A program made the position numbers and the translations under genes. This document shows positions 30,012-42,516 of a DNA stretch of 64,000 nucleotides, one piece after another. The stretch comes from a virus, in the IMG/VR virus record IMGVR_UViG_3300044712_000336, positions 1-64,000 of that record. One strand, given 5' to 3'. Every line of letters begins with the position of its first letter. The stretch's first letter is position 1. Below the pieces are notes generated by a model that saw only the letters and a program-made list of their open reading frames with translations, was not told the DNA's origin and searched no databases.

Positions 30012-32784
30012 ATGGAAACATTTGAAAATAAATTAGAATTATTTGATGAGTATAAAGCATTAAAAAGAGATTTAGAATATATAAATGACCATAGTGAATT
30101 AATTATATACGATATAAGAAAAAGAACATCTACTCCAATGAATAGTAGTAAATATACAATACAACTAATAAATAAAAGAATTAAACAACTTGAAAATATA
30201 TTAAAATGAAATCAAAAGAAATATTACCAGATAATTTAAGATTAAATAAATCACACATAGATAGATATGAAGATCCAAAAGAATGGAAATCTATGAAAAT
30301 ACCAGATTGGATATATAAATATCATAAAGCACTTGAAACAGCTGAATTAGAAATACTCGATTATATGAGTAGATTAAATTCTGCACATCAAGAATTAGTA
30401 ATATGGCAACAAGATTATAAAACATTAAATGATGAATATAATCAACTTAAACAGACTTTAACTGATTATGTAGAAACCCATAATACCAGATTTAAAGATT
30501 TGTGTGATAAATATGCTGAAATATCTTGGAATATAGAGTCATTAGCAGCTAAAAATCAAGAAAATGATGGAATATCTAATGGATTATTTAGAGAAATGGT
30601 AAGAGAGTTATTAGACAGAGATGCTAATGAAAGATATGAAAAAGCATTAAATTATTTAACAGACAATTGTACTACTAATTATTTATTATCTTTAAATGAA
30701 GAAGTGAAACAAGCATTTAAAATAGCAGCTTATGGAAATAGTGCATTGGATTAATGGTAGTAATTCTAATTCTAATTCTAATTTAACTGAATGTGGTGTT
30801 GAACTAATAATACATATATTGTATAAGGATAGTAAGTTAATTAAGAAAGATGAAAATTATGTAAATTGGACTATATTTGAAAGTAAAAATAATATTCAAT
30901 TCCTATATAGTTTCTTTCATCAACCAGAAATATTAGAATTAATAACTTGTCCTAAATGTAAAGAAATAGCTAAACAATGGTTAATTAAAACTAGATATTA
31001 TTGCCTTGTACATGGATTTCTAAAAAGAGAGGAAGTTACTTTTAATGAAAGATGTACTTATTGTGGACAAAATGTAAATTATCAAAAATAACAACTCATG
31101 GAAAATGTGAATAAAAAAGAATTAGCTAAATGGAGGAATAGTAATAAATGGTTATTATCAGGTATGTGTAAACACATAAAACTTGAATATTTAACTGATG
31201 AAGAAAAAACGCTATTAAATACTATATACTCAATACATAAAGCACTAATGGAAGAATGGGATGATAATTCTATTAAATTAGGATTAACAGTAAGACCAAA
31301 ATGTTGGTGTGGAAAAATTGGAAAATATATTGCTAAATACGAAATGTTACATAAAGATAAATTAGTCTGTAAAAAACATATCGAACAATAAGTATGGAAA
31401 CAAAACAACTTAATGGATATAAGATAGAGTTTTATAGTAAGGAACCTACTTGTCATATACATGGAGAAAGTGATTGCGTTTGGTGGCAAGAAGATATTGA
31501 TAAAGGTGATGGATTAATAGGATATTTAGATTGCAAAAAAGCAATGGAACAAAAACTATGTGAATATGCAGGACTTGTATCAGATATAAATGAAGAATTA
31601 GCTGAAAAGATTGTTGATTGGGGCGAGTTTGATAAAGGAATTAAACAATATTTCAATGATAAAGATGATTGTTGGAATTGTATAACAGCCAAACAATCAT
31701 TTCAAACATTAAGTGATTTAGAATATTGTGTAATAATCTTAAATATTGAATAATATGTTTCAACATGAAATTCTTTATCATAAAAATGGTATAATAGAAT
31801 ATTATCTTACATTTACAAGTTACAAAAGTAAACGTACTTTAATTCAAAAACAAATTGATAAAATAGAATTAATGGAATTATTGAGAACATTTATATTTCT
31901 TAAAAGACATAATAGTGTACATGTAATTAAAGGAAATTTACTTAGTGGTGGTAGTTGGTATGAAGTAAGAATATTTAGTTAATTAAAATTAAAACAATAT
32001 GTACGTATCAAAAGAATTAGCTCTGATATTGAAAAAGAAAGGATTACCTCAAGGTAGTAAAAATAAATACCATGAAGTTAAAGATGGACAACCATGCAAT
32101 AAAACATGTTTTAATCATATAACTCACCCTTGTGAACATTGTGGTAGATTAAATGGTATATATTATCCACAAAATGAAGAAGTAATAGATTGGGTATTTG
32201 AATGGGCTAATACAATGGAGTGTGATTTGAAAGATAATACAGAATGGTTACAATTCTGGTATACTATATTACTTGAACATAAATTCAGTTTAATGTATGA
32301 GTTTATTGGAAGATTAGAAGAATGGTTTGAAAATAATGATGTAATAGTTTATCCTGTTATAGCGCATAGAGAAACTATTGGTAATTATTGGGGGTATTAT
32401 ATAAATACTAATGCAAAATTCGTAGGTAAATTTAATTATGATGATGAATTTCCCACTAAAAAACAAGCTAAACATGAAGCAATACGTAAATGTTTTGAAT
32501 TATTAAAAATAAAACATGATTAAATGGATACATTTAAAAAATTAAAAGCAGAACTAGAACCATTTAAAAATACATTAGTAATAGATGACTTTGATAAAAT
32601 TGTACGATTAGTTGATGTTATTGATGGTGAAGATGATTATTATTGGGTATATGATTCACGTAAAGGAATATATCATTCTTCTTGTGTAGGAGGATGGACA
32701 CCTTTGAAAGGGTTTATTAAACAAGAAGATTATGATAGAATGGTTCGTATATGGAATCTAAATAATATAGAAAAAGCTATATAA
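30012..32784 (+). CDS. Run of eight small hypothetical genes
   Basis: Overlapping or abutting plus-strand ORFs (30012, 30206, 30732, 31098, 31394, 31746, 31999, 32524). Confidence 0.55.
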
Positions 32785-32785
32785 T

Positions 32786-33430
32786 ATGTGGCAAGAACTA
32801 GAACCTATTAATACTATATTATTAGATAGATTATATAAAAAAGGTAATGTATTACCACCAAAAGAAGATGTATTTAAAGTATTTGATTACGTATGTCTTT
32901 CAGAAGTTAAGATTATAGTCATTTCCCAAGATCCATACCCTACTATTGGTGATGCACATGGTATTGCATTTAGTACTCTTAATCCTAAACCACCAAAATC
33001 ATTAGTTAATATATTCAATAAATTAAAAGAATATAACCCAGATGTAAAGCTTAAAAGTAATAACTTAACTGAATGGGTTAAACAAGGTATATTCTTATAT
33101 AACACATCATTAACTATTGAACCAGGTAAGATAGGACATTTCCTTCATTGGAAAAACTTTACTAATCTAGTATTATCTCTACTTAACCAACAAGATAGGC
33201 CTATATTATGGGTATTAATGGGTAATCATGCAATAGAATTTGAACATATAATCACAAATCCTAAACATGAGATATTACGAACTACACATCCATCACCATT
33301 AGGTTATAAGAAAGTACATACTCGTAATGATGTATTAACATTTAATAAAATTAATATCTTTAAAATTATGGATGAATTTGATAGAAAACATTATAAACAA
33401 CATATTCCTATATCATGGAACACGTATTAA
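32786..33430 (+). CDS. ung: Uracil-DNA glycosylase, family 1
   Basis: SQDPYP (canonical GQDPY), HGIAFS, PKSLVNI, HPSPL. Confidence 0.9.
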   Translation: MWQELEPINTILLDRLYKKGNVLPPKEDVFKVFDYVCLSEVKIIVISQDPYPTIGDAHGIAFSTLNPKPPKSLVNIFNKLKEYNPDVKLKSNNLTEWVKQGIFLYNTSLTIEPGKIGHFLHWKNFTNLVLSLLNQQDRPILWVLMGNHAIEFEHIITNPKHEILRTTHPSPLGYKKVHTRNDVLTFNKINIFKIMDEFDRKHYKQHIPISWNTY

Positions 33431-34050
33431 ATCCTGTTTCAGATAATGTTGAAAGATTAATTAAGATATATACTAATAATGTAAAAGTAGTAACTGTTAC
33501 TAAGAAAGATGATTTAGGTATATCTTACGAAGAAAAGGAAATAACAGATGTTCCTTTATTAAGAAGAGATGAGGAATTAATGGATAGATATTTACTTAAA
33601 TCTTATTCAGAATACCAAGAGTATATATCAAAATTCTCTCGAAATAATAAAAGAGATATATTAATAAGATTAGATATACTATCAATAGATGGTGATAAAT
33701 TCCAAATTGAGTATATTAATATTAGATCACCTAAAGATATACTAGAAAAAGTATATCAAGACTTTGATATGAATGGTATTCCAGTAAAGGAAATATTCAT
33801 ACGTTCAGTAACAGATATAACATCAAGATTTAGTATTAAAGATATAATTGATATTTTTACTAAATATAATGAATATAAACTTACTCATAGTAATAATGAA
33901 GTAAGATTATATATACAAAAGTTATCTAAAAATATTGCAGATTTAGTTATGTTCCTTGAAGGTGTTATAACTAATAGACAGCTTGATAATATTAAAAGTG
34001 TAGATAAAGATGATGAATCATTAATTGAAGATGATAATGAACTTTTCTGA
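33415..34050 (+). CDS. Hypothetical protein
   Basis: Operonic ORF between UDG and PolB. Confidence 0.6.
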   Translation: MEHVLNPVSDNVERLIKIYTNNVKVVTVTKKDDLGISYEEKEITDVPLLRRDEELMDRYLLKSYSEYQEYISKFSRNNKRDILIRLDILSIDGDKFQIEYINIRSPKDILEKVYQDFDMNGIPVKEIFIRSVTDITSRFSIKDIIDIFTKYNEYKLTHSNNEVRLYIQKLSKNIADLVMFLEGVITNRQLDNIKSVDKDDESLIEDDNELF

Positions 34051-36157
34051 TTATAATTATTATACATTTGATTGGGAAATTAAACCAAATTATGCTTGTG
34101 TAGTATTTAAAAGTAAAGCAGATACTTATGCAACATTTAGAATATATAATTCAAGTAATCCAGATAGTTCCTATAGTAGAAATGATATTAAGAAAATATT
34201 AGGATTACTTCAACATATAATAAGAACAGAAAGTATAATAATTTCCTATAATGGAATAGAATATGATAATCTTATTAATAATTATCTTATAAATAATCAG
34301 AATAAATTACGTGATGCTAATGCTGATTATATAACTAAATTATTATGGGAATACAATAATAAGATTATAAATACAGAAAGACATTATAGTAAAGATAAAT
34401 ATTTCAAATTTATAGATATATATAAAATGAGTGGTTTACATAAGAAGTATAAATCACTAAAAGAAGCACTAATTAATATAAAATGGCATAAAATACAAGA
34501 TTTTCCATTATCATTTAATACACCAATGGAAGATGAACATATAGATATGTTTGAATTATATTGTAAAAATGATGTTGATGGATTAGATGCTTTACGTATA
34601 TTTCTACAAAAACAAATTGATGATAGATTTGCAATATATAAACATACAGGAAATGTTAATGTAATAACTGCTGATGAAAGTAAGTTAGGTGATATAGAAT
34701 TTGAACGTATGTATTGTGAAGAATTAGGTGTATTACCTGACGATATAAAATCATTACGTACAAATAGAGGAATAATAAAATTATCAGAAGTAATTCAATC
34801 TAATGTTAAATTTAATAGTAAAAAAATGAATTTAATATTAGAACAATTACAAAATATAGAAGTGAATTGTGATATGAATATAACTAAACTTACATATGAT
34901 ATACCAACTTTTGAATATGGTGGAATTGCAATACAACTAGGTGCCGGAGGTATCCATTCCGTAGATAAAGGTAATATATTCATTACGACTGATATTTATA
35001 AGATAAAAGATATTGATGTAGCATCTGAATATCCAAATGCTATAGTAAAAATGAATGTTATTCCAGAACATATAAAACAATTAGAGAAAGAGTTAGGTAA
35101 GAATGTATTTATTCCATTAATGGAAAGAATTATAAAAGAGAGAATTGAGTTTAAACATGCTGGAATAGATAGTAAAGCATATTTATATAAAATTATGCTT
35201 AATTCAAGATATGGTAAGTTAGGAAGTATAGATAGTTGGTTATATGATAGAAAATGTGTGCTACAAGTTACTATTAACTGTCAATTATATATGTTAATGT
35301 TAGTTGAAATGTTAGTAGATGCAGGAATACAGGTAATATCTATGAATACTGATGGAATAACTTGTAAATTACATATTGATCAAATTGATAAGTATAGAGA
35401 AATATATCATAATTGGGAAAAATATACAGGATTTCAATTAGAGGAAAATGAGTATATCAAATATATAAGAATGGATATTAATGCTTATATTGCTACATAT
35501 ATAGATAAAGGAAAACTTAAAATAAAACGTAAAGGTAGATTAAATAAAGATTTAGCTACTGATGATTTACGTAAAGCATTTGATATGCCAGTTATTCCAT
35601 TAGCAGTAGAACAATATTTTCTAAATAATATTCCTGTAGTAGAAACAATTACCAATCATAAAGATATATATGATTTTTGTACATCTCAAAAGATTGATAA
35701 AAAGTTTCAAAATAAGATAAGATATATAAATCTTAATGGAACTAATAAAGAAGAAAATATACAAAGATCTGTTAGATTTTATGTAAGTAAAAATGGATAT
35801 AAGTTATATAAAGTTGATTTAGTAAAAAAGAAAGAGTTAGATACTCAAGAAGATGTTATATTACATACTAATGGAAATAGTATGAGTATTAGTAATAGAA
35901 AACTTTTAGTAGGTAAAAAAGAAAAAATACTACATAAAAGAGATACATTTAATACTAATGGTTATACTGATCATTGTGCAGGACAATTTGTTACATTACT
36001 TAATGATTATATTGAATATGATGAATTTAAGAAATATAATATTAATTATGATTATTATATAAATGAAGCAAATAAACTTATACAACAGATAAAACATGAG
36101 AATAATATAACTAAACAAATGTCAATTGAAATACCAACACAATTAAGATTATTTTAA
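34031..36157 (+). CDS. DNA polymerase family B (crAss-type)
   Basis: Exo FDWE, YNGIEYD, YCKND; polymerase DIDVASEYP, KIMLNSRYGK, NTDG; start at ATG 34031 or 34037. Confidence 0.92.
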   Translation: MIMNFSDYNYYTFDWEIKPNYACVVFKSKADTYATFRIYNSSNPDSSYSRNDIKKILGLLQHIIRTESIIISYNGIEYDNLINNYLINNQNKLRDANADYITKLLWEYNNKIINTERHYSKDKYFKFIDIYKMSGLHKKYKSLKEALINIKWHKIQDFPLSFNTPMEDEHIDMFELYCKNDVDGLDALRIFLQKQIDDRFAIYKHTGNVNVITADESKLGDIEFERMYCEELGVLPDDIKSLRTNRGIIKLSEVIQSNVKFNSKKMNLILEQLQNIEVNCDMNITKLTYDIPTFEYGGIAIQLGAGGIHSVDKGNIFITTDIYKIKDIDVASEYPNAIVKMNVIPEHIKQLEKELGKNVFIPLMERIIKERIEFKHAGIDSKAYLYKIMLNSRYGKLGSIDSWLYDRKCVLQVTINCQLYMLMLVEMLVDAGIQVISMNTDGITCKLHIDQIDKYREIYHNWEKYTGFQLEENEYIKYIRMDINAYIATYIDKGKLKIKRKGRLNKDLATDDLRKAFDMPVIPLAVEQYFLNNIPVVETITNHKDIYDFCTSQKIDKKFQNKIRYINLNGTNKEENIQRSVRFYVSKNGYKLYKVDLVKKKELDTQEDVILHTNGNSMSISNRKLLVGKKEKILHKRDTFNTNGYTDHCAGQFVTLLNDYIEYDEFKKYNINYDYYINEANKLIQQIKHENNITKQMSIEIPTQLRLF

Positions 36158-36160
36158 ATT

Positions 36161-37041
36161 ATGAAAAATATATTAAAAAACATATTTAATACAATAACTA
36201 TTCCTATATTATTGTATTTATCTATAGCATTTGTTAATTATAGTATAGATCCATATTGCTGGGGGATAGGGGGTAGATATATATTTGTATGTATAGCTTT
36301 AATATGGGCTATAGGATATCAAATATTAACTAAAATAAATAATGATTAAATTATGAGATTAAAATCAGCAAAGAGAAGTGAACCTAAATGTGAAATTCCC
36401 TTATTAGTGGAATATAAAGGTCATTTATGGTTAGGTAGAAGATATTATCCTAGATATTATCATCCTTTAGATAAAAAGTATAAAGGTAGATATAAATTAT
36501 ACAATAATTATGGTGAATCAAGAACTGTATGGAAACATGATAATATAAAATATAAATATGTATAGTTCACCAGAAAATGAACATGAGTTAGAAGTAATGG
36601 CTACTATTAATATACAATGTTGTATTACATGTATTGTTGATAGAAATACTTTAAAAGATGAGGAACTAGTATTATCAATAAAGGAACAAGCATTACTCCA
36701 AACTAAACAATATATAGAAGAATCATTAAATAAAAGAAATATTTATGTATCTAACATAATAATTGAAAATGAGTAAAATATCAATAGAAGTAGAAGAAAA
36801 AGTAATATCTACAAAAGAAGTAGAATTACCATTATATTTAAAACAAGATTGTCATTATTATAAAGTATTAGATAATGTGCATTCTTTATATATAACATAT
36901 TTAGAAGATTGTTTTTGTGATATAGGGAAATGTAGTACTAAATTAGCATTAAACAACTCTGAAGATAAAGAAATTATTACTAAAGAAGAGTTTGATAGTA
37001 TGTTCCATGAAGTAGTAAGTAAATTAACTACGTTATTATAA
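36161..37041 (+). CDS. Four small hypothetical genes (the first is a two-TM protein)
   Basis: Packed ORFs at 36161, 36353, 36558, 36763. Confidence 0.55.
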
Positions 37042-37063
37042 GTATTAACATAATTAAACAATA

Positions 37064-37531
37064 ATGAAGAAATGGATAATATTAATTTTAATAACAATTC
37101 TATCATCAAATAAAGGAACACAGTATAACCAAGATATTATAATATACTATCCAGAAAGTGTATCAATTTATGATATAATATCCACACATATAAAGGAATA
37201 TGAAGGATTACATATTAATAATAAGTATTATATTGGATATGGTCATAGAATATTAAACAAAAATGATCATAATATAACTAATTTCGATAGTTTACTTATT
37301 ATTGATTTAAAGAAGAATATAAGTGAATTTAATATGTATAAAGATAGTATTCCATTAGGTATATTATCATATAACATAGGATGTACAAAATTACGTAATT
37401 CTGGTATACTTAAAGTATTACATATTCCATTAATGAGAGATAGTATATGGTTATCTTATATATACTATAATGGAAAACTTAATAAAAAAATGTTAGAAAG
37501 AAGAAAGTTTGAATTAAACTTAATTAAATAA
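37064..37531 (+). CDS. GH24 phage lysozyme-like protein with N-terminal hydrophobic segment
   Basis: IKEYEGL, IGYGH, SYNIG, RRKFE. Confidence 0.7.
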   Translation: MKKWIILILITILSSNKGTQYNQDIIIYYPESVSIYDIISTHIKEYEGLHINNKYYIGYGHRILNKNDHNITNFDSLLIIDLKKNISEFNMYKDSIPLGILSYNIGCTKLRNSGILKVLHIPLMRDSIWLSYIYYNGKLNKKMLERRKFELNLIK

Positions 37532-37686
37532 TATGATAGCAAAAATAAAAATTGAATTAGATATTACAGATTGGGAAGAATATAATCTTACTATTCTTGA
37601 AATGGAGGATATATTAGATAATGAGTTAAGTGTTATATGTGAAAAGTATGGTTATATTAATAATATAAAAATAAATATAGAATAAT

Positions 37687-39660
37687 ATGAAAAAAGCAAG
37701 ATTAAAAATTAATTATTATTGTGATAATGAACCTACTTGTTATAAACAAGGTGATATTATAGAGTTTTCAGATAAACATAATATGTATTGTTATCTAAGA
37801 TATATGAATAAATCAGGATTAAGTAAAGAATTTGTAGAATCAAATCCTGATATATTTGAAGTATTTGAAGAAAAAAGTGCTGAAGAATTAGCTAATGAAC
37901 TGGGATTCAAAATTAGTGATAAATGTTATTACAAATTATGTTACTTTGGAGAAATTTTATCATTTGATATTGATGCTGGTAATGTATATGCAAATTTCAA
38001 AAATAAACAAGATTGTGCATATTTACGTAATATTACTAATAAAGTAGCAATATATTGTCCTACTAAAGAAGATTTTGAATTTACGATTAAACAATTAAAT
38101 AGAAGTAAGGGATTAATATATGACAATGATTATAAATATTTTCCAATAAATAGTAGTTTAATGTTAAATGAGAATAATATTGATGATTATTTGATTCTAT
38201 CAATAGATGAATATTGTAAATCACAAGGAATTGAACCATTATTTGTAACTGAAGATAAAATTAATATTTGGTATAAAAAAGAATTATGGGTAATAGATGA
38301 TAATAGTATAAGAAAAGTAGATTTACATTATGCTACAATTCCATATTTACAAGAGTATAAAGTATTTAGTACAGAACAAGCAGCTAAAGACTATTTAGAA
38401 TCTATTAAACCTAAATTTGAAGTAGATAAATGGTATAGTAGTAAAATATATGGTTATATGTGTTATATGTATTATAATAAGCATAATAATTTAGATGGAT
38501 ATCCAGGGTATATTGACGCAATATGGAATGATCATTTAATTTATATAAAAGGTTTAAAGGATTTTAATTGGAAACCTGCTGATATAGACAAAGTAAAAGA
38601 ATTATTACTTAATGAGTGTAAAAAGAGATTTCCTATTGGAACTAAAGTAAGATGTTTATGCGATGATAGAGAATATATAATTAAAACACATAGTTATGAC
38701 CCTTTAATTGAAAGAAATAAAATGAAATTTTGGGGAACAGATATAAGGAGAAATATTGTACTTTTATATAAAGAAGGTAAATTTGCTGAAATTATATCAC
38801 CATCTTGTATAAAATGGTTAGCAGACAAATTTCAAGTATTAAAACTTGAACCTTATTTAGATGAAAAACCAACTAGTTTAAAAGGTAAATTCTTTGATAC
38901 TGAAAAAGAAGCTATTGAATACCATAAAAGTTTACAACCTAAGAATGTAGTAGAAGTTGAGATACCAAAGGGATATAAATATTCACATCAAACATTTGCA
39001 ATAGTACACGATGGTTCAAGACCTATTACTGATGATAGTATAGTAGTTAAATCTACATATTTTAAAAAACAATCTATTAAATCATGTAAAACTTGTTTAT
39101 TTGAATTACATAATTTAGGACAAACTGCAAATAGACCTTGTGATGCTTGTAATAATTTCCTAAAATCTAATAAAACTTCATACTGGCAATCTAAACAAGA
39201 TTTATCTAACACTAAAATATTTATTGGTGATAATCATAAATTAAGTGAATTAGTACAAAAGAAAGCATTTGAATTAGGTTGGGAAGGATATTATACTAAT
39301 CAAATTAAATTTGATAGAAATAATTTATGGTTATTTTTTGATAATAATAAAATGATTAGTTGGGAATTTACAAATAAACCTAGTAATTTATATATAGAAA
39401 TAACACCACAAGATTTAGGTATAAAAGAAAAAGATTATAAAGTAATATTAACTACTGAAGATAGTTTAAATATTTATTATAAATGTCATCCTGATATTTA
39501 CTATGTAAATATAAATACTTTAACTTCTGGTATAGATAAAGCTAATACTTTATATAGCCCTAATAAAATAAATTTTAAATATTTTTCTACTAAACAAGCA
39601 GCAGAAAAATATATCTTTGGTAAAAAACTTGAAGAATTAAAACAACAATACAATCAATAA
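37687..39660 (+). CDS. Mosaic multi-module hypothetical protein
   Basis: Three F(S/D)T.(Q/K).A..Y repeats; FPIGTKV...EGKFAEI module shared with 23748-25385. Confidence 0.7.
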   Translation: MKKARLKINYYCDNEPTCYKQGDIIEFSDKHNMYCYLRYMNKSGLSKEFVESNPDIFEVFEEKSAEELANELGFKISDKCYYKLCYFGEILSFDIDAGNVYANFKNKQDCAYLRNITNKVAIYCPTKEDFEFTIKQLNRSKGLIYDNDYKYFPINSSLMLNENNIDDYLILSIDEYCKSQGIEPLFVTEDKINIWYKKELWVIDDNSIRKVDLHYATIPYLQEYKVFSTEQAAKDYLESIKPKFEVDKWYSSKIYGYMCYMYYNKHNNLDGYPGYIDAIWNDHLIYIKGLKDFNWKPADIDKVKELLLNECKKRFPIGTKVRCLCDDREYIIKTHSYDPLIERNKMKFWGTDIRRNIVLLYKEGKFAEIISPSCIKWLADKFQVLKLEPYLDEKPTSLKGKFFDTEKEAIEYHKSLQPKNVVEVEIPKGYKYSHQTFAIVHDGSRPITDDSIVVKSTYFKKQSIKSCKTCLFELHNLGQTANRPCDACNNFLKSNKTSYWQSKQDLSNTKIFIGDNHKLSELVQKKAFELGWEGYYTNQIKFDRNNLWLFFDNNKMISWEFTNKPSNLYIEITPQDLGIKEKDYKVILTTEDSLNIYYKCHPDIYYVNINTLTSGIDKANTLYSPNKINFKYFSTKQAAEKYIFGKKLEELKQQYNQ

Positions 39661-40313
39661 TGGTTTATATTGATAGTATCCCATTAATTTCACAAAGTAA
39701 TGGTTTAACATCATTAGAAACAATTTTCCTTTATAGTATATATAATGGTAATATCAAATTTAAAAATGAGATTATAGAAGAATTAACTCAAGCAAGTTTA
39801 ACTAAATTAGCTAAACAAGGATATTTATTATCAGATGTTCCTGTAGTACATGATATGAGTAAAATTAGATCATTATTCCTACAATATGAAGATAATAATA
39901 AAAATGTTCCTGTACTAGATAATAATGTATATAATGTTGACAACTGGATAGATACATATCGTAAATTATTCAAAGGTAAATGTTTTAAAGCAGTACCAAT
40001 GGGTAATAGGCAAACATGTATAGTAAGAATGAAATGGTTCTTAAATAAATATCCAGATTATGCAGATATTGAATTAATTAAACAAGCTACTGAATTAGGA
40101 ATATCTACAATTACATCTAAATATGGTAAAGATTATGTACCACAAGCAGATAACTTTATAGTCGTAGATGAATATAAAACTAGTGGTGGATTTGGTATTG
40201 CTAGTAAATTATATAAAGCAGGTAAAGAATATTTAGTTAATTATTGTGAGATGATCACTGAAGGAAATATTGTTGAAGATAATAATAGACCAATATCTAG
40301 TATTGATTTATGA
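39660..40313 (+). CDS. Conserved protein upstream of helicase (possible loader/replication protein)
   Basis: WIDTYRKLF...ADNFI; overlaps the helicase start. Confidence 0.5.
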   Translation: MVYIDSIPLISQSNGLTSLETIFLYSIYNGNIKFKNEIIEELTQASLTKLAKQGYLLSDVPVVHDMSKIRSLFLQYEDNNKNVPVLDNNVYNVDNWIDTYRKLFKGKCFKAVPMGNRQTCIVRMKWFLNKYPDYADIELIKQATELGISTITSKYGKDYVPQADNFIVVDEYKTSGGFGIASKLYKAGKEYLVNYCEMITEGNIVEDNNRPISSIDL

Positions 40314-41398
40314 TATATGATAGAGTAAAAGAGTTAGCAATTAAGAATAAGAAATTAAGAGAAGCTGATAAATTAGTATGTATTCCATTTAATAAAGTAT
40401 TACCAAGATTTAGTACTTTAATCCCTGGAATTATAAAAGAAAGATATATAATTGTTACAGCCAACAGTAAAGTAGGTAAAAGTAAATTAACTGATTTCTT
40501 ATTCCTTTACACACCATATAAAGTATTATATGAGCAATATAAAGGTAAATCTAATATTAAATTAAAGATATTTTATTTTACATTAGAATTATCTAAAGAA
40601 AAAAAGATAGCTGAATTATTAGCATATAAATTATATGAGGATAAAAAGTTAAATTTAGATATACAACGTATTAATAGTATGTTTGATGATTACATACTTA
40701 CTGATGAAGTTGTTGGTTATATGGAGGAATATAATGAATGGTTTAAACAATTTGAAACTATAGTAGAATTTATAGATGATATAAGAAATCCTTTTGGTAT
40801 ATACAATCATGTCCGTAGTTATGCTGAATCTCATGGAAAATATGTAAAAAAGACTATAAAGATAGATAAAAAAGATGTAGAAGTAGAAGATTATTATATA
40901 CCAGATGATCCAGATGAACATGTTATAATAATAACAGACCATGTTGGATTATTAACACCTGAAGCTAAGGATAATAATGATGTAAGGACTGCTATAGGAA
41001 GATTTAGTAAAGAATATTGTTTAAAGATGAGAGATAGATGGAAATATACAGTAGTTAATGTACAACAACAAACCTTAGCACAAGAAGGTGTTGATAATAT
41101 AAAATTAAATAAATTACAACCATCTGCTGCTGGATTAGGTGTAAATAAAGAAACAAGTCAAGATGCTAATTTAATATTAGGATTATTTAGTCCAGCTAGA
41201 CATGATATTTCATCATATAAAGGTATAGATATTACTAGATTAGGTGATTCATATAGAGAATTATCTGTAATATATAATAGAGATGGTAGTATGGCTGAAG
41301 TAGGGTTGTTTTTTAATGGTGCAGTTAATTACTTTGAAGAATTACCAAAAAATATAAAAGATACAGATTATCCAAGATATTTAAAAATGTTAAAATAA
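40310..41398 (+). CDS. DnaB-like (SF4) replicative helicase
   Basis: TANSKVGKS Walker A, YFTLE, IITDHV Walker B, NVQQQ, SQDAN, NRDG. Confidence 0.85.
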   Translation: MIYDRVKELAIKNKKLREADKLVCIPFNKVLPRFSTLIPGIIKERYIIVTANSKVGKSKLTDFLFLYTPYKVLYEQYKGKSNIKLKIFYFTLELSKEKKIAELLAYKLYEDKKLNLDIQRINSMFDDYILTDEVVGYMEEYNEWFKQFETIVEFIDDIRNPFGIYNHVRSYAESHGKYVKKTIKIDKKDVEVEDYYIPDDPDEHVIIITDHVGLLTPEAKDNNDVRTAIGRFSKEYCLKMRDRWKYTVVNVQQQTLAQEGVDNIKLNKLQPSAAGLGVNKETSQDANLILGLFSPARHDISSYKGIDITRLGDSYRELSVIYNRDGSMAEVGLFFNGAVNYFEELPKNIKDTDYPRYLKMLK

Positions 41399-41404
41399 TA
41401 AAAA

Positions 41405-42502
41405 ATGAAAGTATTACAACAAGGTAGTATATATGATTTTATTGACAATTCTATTAATGTTAATTTATTAAATGAATTACCAATAGGTATTTATGATGTA
41501 GTTTCTACAATAAGAGGATTAATGCTTCAAAAAAGAGAAATTTCTATATTTGAAGATATAACTAAAAGTTATGGAAAATTACCATTATTACGAGAAAAAT
41601 TTAAAACTGAAATTAGTTATTATGATAAATTGGGTATATTATTACTAGGTGAAAAAGGCTCTGGTAAAAGTTTATTAGCTAAACAAATATGTAATGATAG
41701 TAATTTACCTATTGTAATAGTTAAAGAGTCTTTTGAAGGTTCTGAATTAAGTGATATATTAAATAATATACCTAATAAATTTATTTTATTTATAGATGAA
41801 TTTGAGAAGCTATTTTCTACAAATAGTAAAGAAAAGAATAATCCACAAGATAAATTTTTATCTATTTTAGATGGAAATGATACTTCTAAATTTATTACGT
41901 TATTAACAGCTAATGATGAAAATAAAATTAATTCTTATTTCAAGAACAGAACTAAAAGAATTAAATATTTTATTGAATTTGAAGTACTGAATAAACAAGA
42001 TGTAGAAGAAGTTCTTATAGATATGAATATTGATAAAGAAATACAAAGTAAGATTATTAATATTCATAGAATTGTTGGAGAATTAAATTATGATGTATTA
42101 ATGGAAGTTATTAACGAATTTAAACGTTACCCTAATTATTCATTAAATGATATTTTATATTTTCTAAATATAGAAATAAAGGAAAGTGAGTATAATTTAA
42201 CAGTTTATTCAGATATTAACGGTAAAGAAGAACCAATTGCAATAGATAAAATTGTATGTAACCCTTATTTAGATATAAATATAGACATATACCCTAGATC
42301 AAAAGGGGATTATATTGTAAATTCTAAGGATAATACTATTAATATTGATGAAACGTTTGATAATAGTAAATATTCAATTATAACAGATAATAATTGTGTT
42401 AGACTTACTTTAAAAGAAGAGTATAGTAAACAAGGAGTTGATTTTGGTAAATTAGAATTTATACTAACACCTTATTTCCCAAACATAAAATTAGCAATTT
42501 AA
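41405..42502 (+). CDS. AAA+ ATPase
   Basis: GEKGSGKS, FIDEFEK, TAN, NRTKR. Confidence 0.85.
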   Translation: MKVLQQGSIYDFIDNSINVNLLNELPIGIYDVVSTIRGLMLQKREISIFEDITKSYGKLPLLREKFKTEISYYDKLGILLLGEKGSGKSLLAKQICNDSNLPIVIVKESFEGSELSDILNNIPNKFILFIDEFEKLFSTNSKEKNNPQDKFLSILDGNDTSKFITLLTANDENKINSYFKNRTKRIKYFIEFEVLNKQDVEEVLIDMNIDKEIQSKIINIHRIVGELNYDVLMEVINEFKRYPNYSLNDILYFLNIEIKESEYNLTVYSDINGKEEPIAIDKIVCNPYLDINIDIYPRSKGDYIVNSKDNTINIDETFDNSKYSIITDNNCVRLTLKEEYSKQGVDFGKLEFILTPYFPNIKLAI

Positions 42503-42516
42503 TAATAAATAATAAC

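Noticed and set aside
30758-30783. (AATTCT)n microrepeat encoding NSNSNS
   Set aside because: Short low-complexity coding repeat with no evident significance
6015-36157. Inteins or introns in TerL or PolB
   Set aside because: Lengths are ordinary and no intein splice motifs or frame breaks are seen
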